The position numbers and the translations under genes were made by a program. The notes under the pieces are model-generated. The model was not told the origin of the DNA. It saw nothing but the letters and a program-made list of their open reading frames with translations, and made no database searches. From Acanthaster planci (lineage: Eukaryota), in assembly GCF_001949145.1 (NCBI RefSeq), contig NW_019091356.1:2240932-2304931 (forward strand): a stretch of DNA of 64,000 nt, written 5' to 3'. Below, piece after piece: positions 13,415 to 35,480 of the stretch. Numbering within the stretch: the stretch's first letter is position 1; the number at the start of each line of letters is the position of its first letter.

Positions 13415-16400
13415 ATGAAATTCTGATTCAGAGAATGGAAGATCTAAAGAAGCGGTTTGTTTGGACAGGCTCCTAGCATCTGAGGACTTGCGTCTGTCAC
13501 GTCCCTGTGCAACATGGTTTGTCACAATCTTCAGTCTCTGTTCGTATTCATCCATCGTGTGTTCCAAGTTCAGAGAGTGAACACAAAAAAAAATCAACGT
13601 CTCCACCTTTATCAATTTCTCTTTGCGGTAATCGCATCTCACGGTGTACATTTGTTCGTGATAAAAAACAATATTTTATTACAGGTCATCAGCTTTGAGG
13701 CTGTAGTCCCCAGGGGAATAGATGTGACCAAAAACATAAACCTGACAAACCGCATCACTGCAACCTGCGTGTGAAATCCAGGATTGATACCCTAACCTGT
13801 TATTTACGTGCATACCATGTGTGCCAACCCCGTCTTCCATTGCCAAAAAGTGGAAAGTCTTCCCGATATAATACGATGACTTCCGTCCCCAAAATAACTT
13901 TGATCACGGACGCAGTGCCTTCCGGGCCCATCTTATCTGCTGATGGTTTGGAAAGACTTTTTTACAAATTGTATTGAGAGAAATTTGCTCCACTGTGCAC
14001 TGTCGTCTTCGGTTTCTTAGGTATGAATGTCTCACAGATGCTGTGGGCACCCCTAATTGGAGGCTACGCCACAAAATGTTCTTCACTCGTAATGTCAGAT
14101 GGGTTGTACATTACCTTGATCCAGGGTCTGGTCTGTGTGTTAGAATCGTATTACCACTAGTGTAATTTGAGCACACTGGGCTGGTTTTAAATCAGTGGCA
14201 GGCAGACAACAGTTAGCAAGTATGCACAATTTTAGTGGTAAGCACGTTGCTTTTACTTCTTATGAATTCCAGTCACCGCCAATAACTTTAGGCCCACAAC
14301 TATTTCAGTTGTTTGTACATTTCCCCCGCATATTTATAAATTGCTGGACTGCGTAATTTTCTGTTAAGTCTACATGAATCACAAAGGTTTCAGTGTTATG
14401 TTTCTACTAAAATTTGAAATTTTCAACACAAAATCGCAACCCTTTCCCACAAGGTCTTTACAAATACAAGGTTAACTGGACGTTATTGGGGATGTGTTTT
14501 TCAGATGTTTTTGAATAGTGTTAAAGGTGTATGCTTATAGTTGTGAAGAACTGAAATCAAGAGGTCATGTGTATTATGCACTTAAACACACACATAAACA
14601 AAGACCTTGTTTAACCACAGTGGAAGAATTGTCCTTTTGTCATGACTTTTAGTGCCAAATTGATGTTTATTTTTAATTGTATATTTAAAGAAAATCCTTT
14701 CCTGGCACACGTTGCCAGCAGTTCACACGCATAAACTCTTACAGTCAATCAGATTTGAATGTGCCCAGACAGAGTGAAACTCTATTATACTGACTTGTTA
14801 TGATTGTCACGGTGGGTCTTTGAAATGTTCAGAAAGTCAGGTACTGACTTTGAAAGAGTTTAAACAGAGATGGCTTTGTAACGCTGGCTGAAATATTTTT
14901 GGGGGGCACCAGAGGAGGTCACACTCCATTCAACCCTTGCATATTCTTCACCTGATGTCATTGACCTATTAAAAAGAATGCCATCAAAATCTATTTGCAC
15001 ACTGGGCCAAAGGTTATCATCAGCAAATGTACAGTGTGAAACAGGTTTTTTGATCCTTGGTTCAGAAAAAAAAAGTACTTAAAATTTTCCTTCCTTGGCA
15101 AAACACAAATGATTTGAGGTCAGATCCGATGTATTTTTGAAATATGCATGCCAAGTTCTTCAGCGCACCACGTTTTAATAAAGTATGTGTTGGGCCGTGT
15201 TTCCTTTTACTATACCATTCTGTTCCATCTGTGAATTTGTTTTAAGATTTGGACTTTTGTAAAAATACATGTAGGCCTAGCTACATTTCTTTGGAGTCCT
15301 AATTGGAAGAGGACATTATGTTGTTTCCCTACAGAGAAAAGATTAAAGAATGAGGGAAAGTAAGTATAATTAAAAATGTGATGTTACAGTTATCTTGGCT
15401 CTTAGATAGATATTTTAAACACTATTTTGAATGTGCTCACTGCATTTACTGTGTTTATTGTTCATATCAAAAACCTTTGTATAAACTAGACACTTTCTAT
15501 TCCAGTATTTTCTCACATCTTTAAATTTTGTTTTAGTAATTGTTCAGTGATCATCATGTCATCCTGTCAGGAACAATGGGAAGAACATTTTCACTCCCTC
15601 GGGTTTGATATGTTTCAGGCATTTTGACAAAGGCTGATGTAGATTTCTGTCCTCCACAGTGTGAAAAAAAACCAAAAACGCATGGTTAAAAGCCACGGTA
15701 AAATGCATTTAAACGGTTTCTCAAGTGCAGAAATCCTAGTACTGCAGATGTATTTTTTACCCAGAAGATCTCGAACAACTCAGAGCTTGTGCATGGGGTA
15801 GTAAAGAAAAGGCCATCTGAAATGTTTTTGAAGTTCATCTATTTATGAGGTTATGCAGCTGAGGGTAATGACTTGTCGACAGCATTGTCACATGACTTAC
15901 CAGTAACATGTACAGGTGGTATTTTTCCAGCTTAGGGAAGAAAATTGCTGTACTTGTCAGTTATGTTTGGACCTGATAATAACTCAAGAATTCTAAACTG
16001 GTTGGTCGTTAGTTTTGTCAAACCGGTATTTTTTAGCAAGTCACAATGATGAAGTGATTTTCGTGCATGTAGATTGAATATTTTTCTCTATTGTATTAAA
16101 TCAAGTGACTCAATTGCACAATGTTGTTTAAAAAAAAAAGAATGTTTCGTACCTACAAAATGTGTCTAGGGAATAAATATGAAAACCTTGCCCAGGAAAA
16201 ACCAGATCTCTTTTTGTATTGTGTCCTTATGATGTCTTGGTCATTCTGGTTTCAATATCTTGTATTTGACTCCTTCAGTTTTAAAATAACGACCACTTTT
16301 GACCTGTTTTTTGAGGGAGTGCTTTGCGATGGCACATCATGCATGGCAGGGGTCAAAGGTGATTTGGGGTCATTCACAAAACAGGTCAAGTTTCCATGAT

Positions 16401-19400
16401 ATTTGTAGATGCACATGAACTGAAGTGTAATAATAAATTGTTCCCTGTTCCTTGCATTACTTAAAATCCCTGATCCCCCAAGAGCCAACAGAGGGCTTTG
16501 TGATTCGCGGTGATGAATGATTCAAAAGCATGATGGGAATTAAGGCCATGGCGAAATCAATCGCCACGGAAACTAGGTGGATTAACCAAGATTCTCCAAA
16601 TTCCAGGCATCCACCGTATCATTCACATGCGTTCGCTATGGTTGTCTGTTTCTTTTTTTTTTAAATGCCTTAATACCATTGAAGACTCAACGTCTAACAC
16701 AGACGAGATTAAATTCAGTCTGGAAATTGACATGCACAAAATATTGCTAGTAATTGTCAGACTAAGGTATTTTCCAACATATGATCCGACAAAACTAATT
16801 GCACATGTCTAGCATGTGTTTTATCCTTAGCATTAAATGTCGAATAAACGCCAGCTGCTTTGTATGTAACATTCAATCAATGTGAATAGTAATTCAAATC
16901 CTATGTAAATCCACACCTCGTTGGTGACTAAAATTTCTTTAGCACCTGGACATGAAATTTGATGTTCTCAGATACAAGCGAACCTGCTGAAGGCATCTGA
17001 GTCATGTTCAAGCCGTCCTTGTGCCACCTAGGTACACTTGCTTGACATCAGATCTGGACGAAATGCTGCTGGAGAATCCGATGGCATTTGCTGAGATATC
17101 AGAGTAAATACTTGCCGAATGGCAAATCGGAATTGCAAACGCCCCTCGATGAATTCAACATCTGTTTAAACGTTTCACATTTCAGAGGGCAGTCTGTCTA
17201 AAACCTGCCAACAAAATGCCAGTCCATTAAAGAAACCAGCTGCCCTATTCATCATCTTTCCCGTTCACACAACTTATTACGGGAAAATTGGTCTTTAAGT
17301 AGGACAAAAATTTCAGAGCAAAGAAAAAAGAAGGCTGCATTTCCCACTTATTGTGGAGGCACTGTTTAGAAAAATACAAGCTCCACCAATCAGCACGGAG
17401 GAAAAAGAACACCATGTAATCAGGTGGTCCTTGTAAGACAATGGAAAAAAACAAGAAACACTAATTATTAAAGGGGGCATTGTCAATGGCAAAATAAACA
17501 CAATTTTCTTGGAAAAAGCTGGGGATTCTTGGCTGGTAAGGCCTGAAAAATACCACAGAGCTATAAAATAGAGTTCACAATTAATACCACTCCCAACAAA
17601 AAGGGGCAGAGGAAACACATATGTTGTGGACAGTTAGTCAGTCACTGCCTGGGGGTACCTCCTCTAGTTTGGTCAAAGTTTAGATGAATAATAAGCCCTT
17701 AAATTCATTGGAAAGTGCACTGATGCGTGATGCCCTAGACTGCTCTAGGGTTACCACCCCCTGGAGGGTTGTACAAGTCAAATGAACCAGGAACAAATTG
17801 CTACAAAAATTCATCAGGCCTTGGAGGTGTCCTGTCCTTCACTGTATAATCAGCAGTCTGGTGTCTTTATTTACACTCTGGGTATTATTACATTGCAAAG
17901 TTATCTCAACAGCATCCTTGGGTGGGTGGAGGTCAGATCTGTTATCGATTAATAGTGCTACCATTGTTATAAGGAGACTTGTATTTGAATAAAACATAAA
18001 GCAAATCACTTCAGAAGAATACACTCGATCCAAAGTGCTCACAAGTCACATGGGCATCCTCTGGTACTTTTATGGTACTGTTTATCACTGAGACATTAAC
18101 ACTTCACCCAAATCGAAGTCACAGGCTCTCGATGTTTCAATAAAGTTTAAATCAAGTTTCAATTTATTAAGTGACATGCTGGTATTAGGCATGGAGCTTT
18201 TAAAAACCTGTATGTCTGAATATTGCTGTCATGTAGTCCTGTATTGTCTCACTAGGACAGAGGTACTTTACCCCTAGAAAGGCAAAGAAGTACTACGCGT
18301 CAGGTAGCCCTTTTGCTTGATGGAAACTAAGACTAAAAAAAAATTACAGACTGAAGAGATATGCTGTGATACCCTCTCATAAGCTAGCCACATCTGAGCT
18401 GATGTTCTGGTCACGGTTATTATAGCAAAGAGTTAAACAAACCACAACAGGAAGTAATATACTTGAGATCAAGTACTGGTAACAATGCCCTAGCAACTTT
18501 GATCACACTTCGACCCTGGATGACCACACACGACTGTAGGACCTACTGCTATAAAGACCACAGCCTATACTTTTGCCATGCCTAATAGTTTAGTACCTCT
18601 TATCTGTCAAACTCAGTCCACGTCTAATATTATTTCAACAAGGAACTATCACTGTCCAGCGGTCCAATATTTACTCAACTTGACCACAGTCAGAGCCAAG
18701 CTTCCTGTGTTAAAAAGCTGCATTTGTGTATTTAGCAATTGTCAAACAAATCCACTGGAAGTTTACCAAGGTCTCAATGGTTAACTTTCAATTCAAGCAG
18801 ACTTTCCCATAGCCATTATCGTGGCTTATGCGAGCCTACTGGGAACCAGCTTGAAATATGTGTGCATCTTGACAGATCACATTCTCTTATTTCTTTTCTA
18901 GCCTTTCTTTAGCCAAGCAAGATCTGTTTTGACCTTAAGGTTAGGACAGAACTTTCAAATTATACTCAAAGTCAGATTAAAAAACAAACTATAAATACAG
19001 AGAAATCAGAATTGTTACTGCAGCACACGGTTAGATTATTATAAATTGTAAGCAATGGAAATTGGGTAAAAACTTGAGGTAAAAAAACACAAACAAAACC
19101 AAAACAAGGATAAATACTGTGTTAAAAGTTTTCTGTCCATCCCAACCAAGATCTAAAATGATTTGCTCTCTCGCGATCAGGTAAATTTAACAGTTTAACT
19201 TACCCTTTTCATTCTTTTCAAAAAATGATTACTAAAAAATCTTGCATGCCTGCTGTGTGCAATGCTTCACCTGATTGATGGAGAAAATCACATTCATTGC
19301 ACAACACAATTAAGCGACATCAACTACTTGTCGTAAAATGAAATGTGATCTGCCGAAAGGTTTTCACGATAGTTTAAGGACATTTTTTGCTTTTACACCT

Positions 19401-20892
19401 ACAATGCATAAAATCCACAGAAGTCTCCACAGAGGCTTACTATAGAATCAGTGATATGTTTATAATGTGCTGAAGACATTTATAGTTTCAAACATACTTT
19501 TTTTGGGCTTTTCCTTGACTGATGATGCTTATGGAGTACCAGAGAGCAATGAACCCTCTGGCTCAAAATCCTCTTGACCTAAAATTAGTTACACTTTCAC
19601 TAAAGTTAAATTCACTTCTTTTCTTTTGTAAACAAACAGGTAAGTCAATATGATTTTTTCTCACACGGCGGATGAGAACAACTGAAATTTCACGAGTGCT
19701 TTTGGCTGTATTTATGCGCAAATACAATTTTCTTTCCTGTGTAAAATACATTTAATTTTTAAAATTTTATTTCATTAATGACTCTTTTTTACCCGAGCAG
19801 CCTAAAACAAACGACACAGCTTCGGTAAAGCTTCATGCTTCAGGGAACAGAACCAATAACTTGCTAGCACCGATCAGAAATGTACAAACACATGATGCCA
19901 CAATCGCGTCAATTGTCATCACTGTATCCGTAATATCCAATATCACAGGCGATCCCTTCCAGATCAATATTCTTCCAACTGCTCAACCGTCATCCTTCCG
20001 TCCCTTCTTCAATACTGATGTTGGCTGAATACAGTGCCAGTGATTAATATCCAAACAGCATTAAGACAGAAGCATTTTTAGGCATTTCATAAACATTTCA
20101 ACAGTTTACATTATGTACAAGTCTCGGTAAACAGTTTTATAATGTACCATTTTTTTTTAAGATAACGATACCACAGCTCTCTTGAAACCCGTGAGTTAGT
20201 CTAGCTTCCTGTTACAAGTAGAAAAGGGAATTCAGAAAAGCCCTTAATACTACAAATAAAACAGTTGGAAAAAACGTAGAAGAAAAACTGTTAAAAAAAA
20301 GTACGGGTAACAGTTACAGCAGAACAAAGATCCAAGGTCTAATCTATGAGATTAGCAGGTCAGGACACCACCCTGAGTCAAACACTAAGTCACAAGCCTT
20401 CACACGTGTAGACAAGACCACCTCTTCCTATCCAACTGGTTGATGATTCCTTCCACAAGCCCAACAGAGAGAACTGATTTTTTGCACATTCACAGAAGGA
20501 ACAAACGTCTCATTAGCGTTGTTTGGCTTATCTTCACTGCGAACCGATGGCAAAAATAATACTCTACAAATACTTTTAAAATTTCTTACATCTAAAAAAA
20601 AACACAGAAATGTCTCCCTCTTGGAGAAAAATCTCTTTCTGATAAAAAAACGTGTATCTTTCAGAAAGTAACCGGGAACCTCGTCATTTTTCCCCCTTGT
20701 TTTTGGTCAGGAAATGTACTTGGTTTCAGAGCCCAAAGTTGTTGATTTCTGTGTACAAAAAGCAGCATGGTGACAAACTGCATTAGTTGGGTCCTTGTGC
20801 TGTGATCCCTTCAGGCCTAGGGTTCCTCAAGCAAAGCATGTCCTTCAAGCCATCCTCCCCCTCAAGTTGTGTCCCCGCCCCCCTCCCCCTTG

Positions 20893-30427
<9,535 letters not shown>

Positions 30428-30458
30428 GGCTTATTACTGTCTGGACGATGAGCAAAGC

Positions 30459-32278
30459 CTTGAATATCAAAAGTAAAGTCTATCGGGAAAGGCAAAATCA
30501 AAGATGTTACTGAAAATAATTTTTTCAAATGTGTACTTGTTCTTGCTACAACTTTGCCTTTTGCTGGGAAATCTATGAATGAATGGGACACGAATGAGAG
30601 CAATAAAGAGACATGAGTTTGCTTAACTTCAAAGGAAAGGTAAATCAATAAATCATTTTCCGATTATCCAAATCAAATTTTATTAAAACCTTGCTCTTTT
30701 AAGACCAAACTGTCAACATGTAGGGTGATTTGACAAGCGGACAGTGACAAGTCAAAGACGTTTGTGGTCGTTTTTCATACACTAGCCTCCGTGTCAGGAA
30801 CACAGTTGTCTTTAAGATATCTAGCATCAACTCATGTTAGTAAGACTACAAGATACGATACAGAAATTGTGTGAAAGTACACATTACAATTAAAAAAATT
30901 ACCTTTTTAATATCACCACAGATCCTGATCACAACCTACTTCTTCCTTTTTGCTGCCGGTCTTCTTTTGATTGAGGGCGCTATAACGATATCGCAAAGAA
31001 AAGAGATCCACCATTTTCTAAATTTACTTTTCACCCACATCGGCTACCTTACTCTACAACAACTGTTTGTTGATATAACGATCGTATAGACTGCAAGCTA
31101 CGTTAAGAATACGTTTTGAATATTAAATAGCAGTAAATTAACAAAACATTGCTTGGCAAAAATGTACATGGTCTGGGGGACAAATTAATTAAGCTGGTGT
31201 CTAAAGCCGATAAATCTAGGAATCTGAGGTTTGATAAATAGTGACGTTCAGCTGACTCCAACCAGTCTGGTGCTTACACGAAGGCTCTAGATTACGATCA
31301 TATATTTAGTTGCAGGGTCAACAACCAGATCTCCCGTAGGTTTTATTTTAACCTGCTAAACATTCGAGGTGGTGGTGGTGCAGGAACGCAGCTAAAACGC
31401 AATTTCTTCTTGTGCTTTCACTCAAGAAAATTGAGAAATGTGAAGAAACACTTGTAAGTACAAGCATGGTACATATGCTACAAGCAGCATCAGTATCACA
31501 TTCGTGCATTTCACTTGACTTTAACTTGAACTTGAAGTTTCTGGTCACTAGGGACATGACCTGATCATGGCGGAGTAACGTTAGTATATGGAAATGTAAC
31601 AATTTTCTGCGGCGCCTTCCATTTTGGCGCAGTTTGTGTCAGTGCAGTTCACTTTATTTTCCACCTAATATTACTCTATAGAAACAGTTTCATGTAGCCT
31701 TTGCCTGCTGCAGCCCCGTGAGAAAGAAATTAATCATTACTTAAATAGTTCATTAGTAATTTACTTTTATATTTGTGCATCAACAACAAGGCTCAGCAGG
31801 GGGGGGGGGAGGAGTTTGGACCATCAGGCATCATGTTGGCTATAACATCCGTGACTATATATAATCACCAGTTCCCTAATTTGGCTACCTAAATGACACT
31901 GAATTTTGGTCATGTTGGTAGCCTAAGGCTAAGATTTCAGTGGCAAAATTAGTGACCTGATGTCTCTGTTGCTTCTAGCTTGGTTGGAAAACTAGGCCTA
32001 GTAGAAGCCCATGGAAAAATAAAGTAATTTTTTACATTGGTCATTTTCATATTATCATGATGATGTATCTTTGGAAAACCTATTCCTAGATCTACAGGGT
32101 CCATCATCACACCGTACGTGCTCTGACGAATTACAGGATTCATTGGAGTGTTGCATAACTACAAACCATGTAGTTCTAGGTGTAGGCAAAACCAGCAAAT
32201 CATCACAGATTGACAGGCACAAAGCATGACTAGTCTGTGTATCTTCAACCCTGCTTACGTGCCATTTTTAACTTCCAG
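30459..32278. promoter_or_regulatory. Shared divergent promoter region and non-coding first exons of DPP9 and BLOC1S6
   Basis: The start codons diverge 1.9 kb apart and each is preceded by a splice acceptor (30458 minus, 32279 plus). Both transcription starts most simply lie in this interval. Confidence 0.6.
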
Positions 32279-32346
32279 ATATCTCAACTCCCATAGCTTT
32301 TATTCTAACGTGATATCAACATCTGTCTCCATGACGAGGAGAAGCC

Positions 32347-35300
32347 ATGGATGAAAGCAAGCCTTCGCCTCCCGCGTCTACAGCATGTGATGAAGCGTGC
32401 CTCAAAGATACAGGAGGTGACACTTCACCATCAGGAAAAGGACCAAACGGCGAATCAGCAAAGAGAAGCAGCACGAACCAGAGCAATGAAACAATGACCA
32501 CAAAGGACTCTGGAAAAAATAAGCCAAGGGAAGACGTGGTGGGAGAACTATGCAAAGATGGAATTACAGAAGCAGAAGATAAAAACTCCGAAGAGACAGT
32601 CCATCCATTAAATGAACCAGGTACACATCTAGTTTAGAAGCGACATTTACACGTACATATATATACAGTCTTTTTGTGTTGAACCCTTTAACACTGCTCT
32701 AAATCTGCCGAAATCCTGGCTGTGATTAGTGTTCTGATTTCGTTTGAGGCGGTTCAGTTTTGATGTAACATTTTACTTTGATAGCCAAATGTTTAACGCC
32801 AGATTGTGCCCATTCTTCTTCCTGTAGCATCAAAATTTGAAATAGAAAGCTACATAATTCCTAAAGATGGCAGTGGCTAATTTTTCGAAATTTACATCTC
32901 ACGAAGTATTTAATGCAGTTGTGAAGTGGTTGTAAGTTTAGGATAAGACTCATCATTGACATGTTCACAACATGTTTCCCTGACGTCATTTCTTGCAGAA
33001 GGAAAGGTAACGAAGCCAGCAGCGCCTGAACAAGACGTCTTGCCAGTTGACGACAGCATCATCGAGAAGCTTACCATGGGCTTTCTTCAGACCTTCCTTC
33101 CCCAAGCAGAGTACTCCAATGCAGTCCTGGACGAACTCATGTGAGTGACTTGACTTGAAGGCTTAGTTCTTGAACTCAAATGAAGGAAATGATTACCAGC
33201 GAGCCCGATTGTCCCAAACCCCAAAGTTGGAACTTTGGATAGTCTCAGAAAAAAGATTAAGGGTGCACGAAGACATTGGAAAGGACACGAAGGGGCACTA
33301 TGCCACACCGAGATACTTAATGATGAGTACCAAAATCGCTGCAGTTTGTTCAAGGTATGAAGCAGTTGGTGAACATTGGATAGGTTTTCCAGACTTAACC
33401 AACGAGACGGTGTCGTGTAGGATAGTCAACATCAGCAGCGTAAAGTGAGATGTTGGGAGCTAGCCCCAAAGAAGAATGCCCCTGTTGGATCTCAGGGTAA
33501 CTGATGGGTTAAATTCTGATGCACTGCCGAAAAAAAAAAGGTTTCTCATTTTGACAGATGTTGCACACTTGCATTGAAGATTTCAGGCCCATGTGCTGTG
33601 TGGGGTCCGGGTTAATCTGCTGGCTGTTCTTGAGCAGAGAAAGTTTGACGAGGGGTGCTCAGTTTGTTACTTCTGTTTGTGCCTTGGGAATTTGCAAGTA
33701 GGCAGACTACTTTGCAAATGATTTCCCGTCGGTGTCATTTGGGTACTTAGTTCCCCTTGTGTTTGCCTGGCAGGAGAAATCAGCGAGTTCTGATCGAAAC
33801 ATTGGAGCAGGAGAACGCCAAATTCAAGGAGAACAAGATGATGTCAGAGCTTTCCGAACTGGTTTGTCAATTTTTTTTTTTTTTTTGACGTGCAGAATTT
33901 CTCAACCCTGTTTCCATCATTCAGTAAACGAATCCTTCACCGGAGTCAGGTTAGCATCAGATTTTCTTTCTTTCGACCAAGACATTTTTTCTTCAAAATC
34001 TCCCTAAATCCATGAAATTCCACACTGCGCAGTAACCCAATCGTGAATTCATTATACTTGTGCATAGTTTAAGAACCAAGTCAATTGGAAAGCAATGGTG
34101 CTAAACCATACAAATCCAGTTGTCTGATTAGGAAGGCATGTTTGATATTTTTGATGACACTTCTCCCGTTTTAATCAGACGTGGATCAGGTTTCCCAGCA
34201 TCGACAGCAACGGTATCACCACTTTTTACAATACAGATTATTTATTAAAATTAAACCTCTCCTTTCGTCCATCTGTTTTCAATTATGTTGTAAGAATCCA
34301 CTCCCATCGGCATGCAAGTAAATGCGCGTTTGACATGGAGCACGCTGAGTACGCCTAACTAATTTGTTCTGGCATGTATGCTCATTGTGTACAAGCAGAA
34401 CCTGTCTTTCTTTTCGCCGACTGGAGGCGCACTTCAGCTCGGGGGGCGGTTTGCCCCATGGAGTCTGTTTTGGTCCTAGTCTTAGTTCTTAGCAAAAATC
34501 TAAAAGTTCTTTTCCTAGGAGTCCCCTATTTACCAGTCCTTCTGTTATTTTGAGTACTGAAAGATATCTTTGCTAAAGTCTTCTTGATTGTTTTCAAACT
34601 CTTTTCAGATGACAGAGGCCAAAAAATATCACAGCAAGTTGGTCCACTTGCGGAAAGAGATGATGTCCCTTCATGATAAGTCAACCAAATTGAAGGTACG
34701 CCCCCTCCAAAAAAATAAATAAATAAGTGAAGTTGGCGAGAAGAAGAGAAAAAAACTCTTTCAGATCTTCACATATTAATATCCCAATATTTTGAACGCA
34801 TCTTTCCGATGAAAAATAAGGCGATCAGTTTTACTCAAGCTCAAAGGTCATTGAAATTTTCTGTTTCGAATTTGTCCGTCCTTGAAGTGTGGATTGTTCT
34901 TGCTTTCACTCTGCATGCACCAAATCCAATTGTCCTTTAAGTCTCTGCTGTGGGTACAATTGTTCACACAGTCTGGAAATTAGGTCAATCAATCAAAGAT
35001 ATATCTGTGTCCAGAATTGGCCTTATTTACTAGTCGGCCATTATTTAATTGAAAGCGAGGTTAACGTTTTGGTTTATTTTAGCACCCAAGACTAAAAATG
35101 AACGGACTGAAATAAAGCTTCGTTTACAAATTCATGTCATTTATGTTGATTGTAAAATTGAAAATTTGTGATTTATCATATGGAAAACTTTGAAGTCACA
35201 TTTTGAATAAAAATGAAAGTGAGGCATGGAATCCCAAATTGTCTGCCACCACTCTTTGCAACAGATTACAGTGAATGGGACAGTTTAAGGGAACATGGTC

Positions 35301-35480
35301 AAAATGGCTTCCTTGTGAATAACATCTATTGTGCCTCCCCTTTTTTTTTTGTAGAAGAGAGCAGTCAAGCTGCAGCACCACAAGATGAAGCTGAACCTGC
35401 AGAAGGAGCAGCAGCGGGAACGGGAGATGGAGCAGGAGAAACACCTCATTGCAAAGCCCGCCACCAAGAAAACTCCTTGA
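32347..35480 (+). CDS. BLOC1S6: BLOC-1 subunit 6 (pallidin), 238 aa
   Basis: Exons 32347-32620, 32999-33140, 33774-33861, 34609-34695, 35355-35480 (717 nt, phases 1,2,0,0). Start context GCCATGG. The C-terminal half (NQRVLIETLEQENAKFKE, EAKKYHSKLVHLRKEMMSLHDKSTKLKKRAVKLQ, EQQREREMEQEKHLIAKPA) matches the recalled pallidin coiled coil. A 5' UTR acceptor lies at acttccag|32279. Confidence 0.92.
35018..35328 (+). mobile_element. MITE family B copy 2, last BLOC1S6 intron
   Basis: Colinear with 24525-24822. TIRs GGCCTTATTTACTAGTCGGCCATT ... AATGGCTTCCTTGTGAATAACATCTA. Confidence 0.75.

Noticed and set aside
12724..13651. Long ORFs of 200-270 aa (similar ones at 27687-28355 and 47779-48540)
   Set aside because: Artefacts of N runs. 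Only the DPP9 exon 28347-28244 within them is real.
32050..32135. Possible C/D snoRNA (ATGATGA ... CTGA, ~70 nt) in the BLOC1S6 5' intron
   Set aside because: No convincing terminal stem and no rRNA-complementary guide that I can recognise. snoscan or Rfam would be needed.
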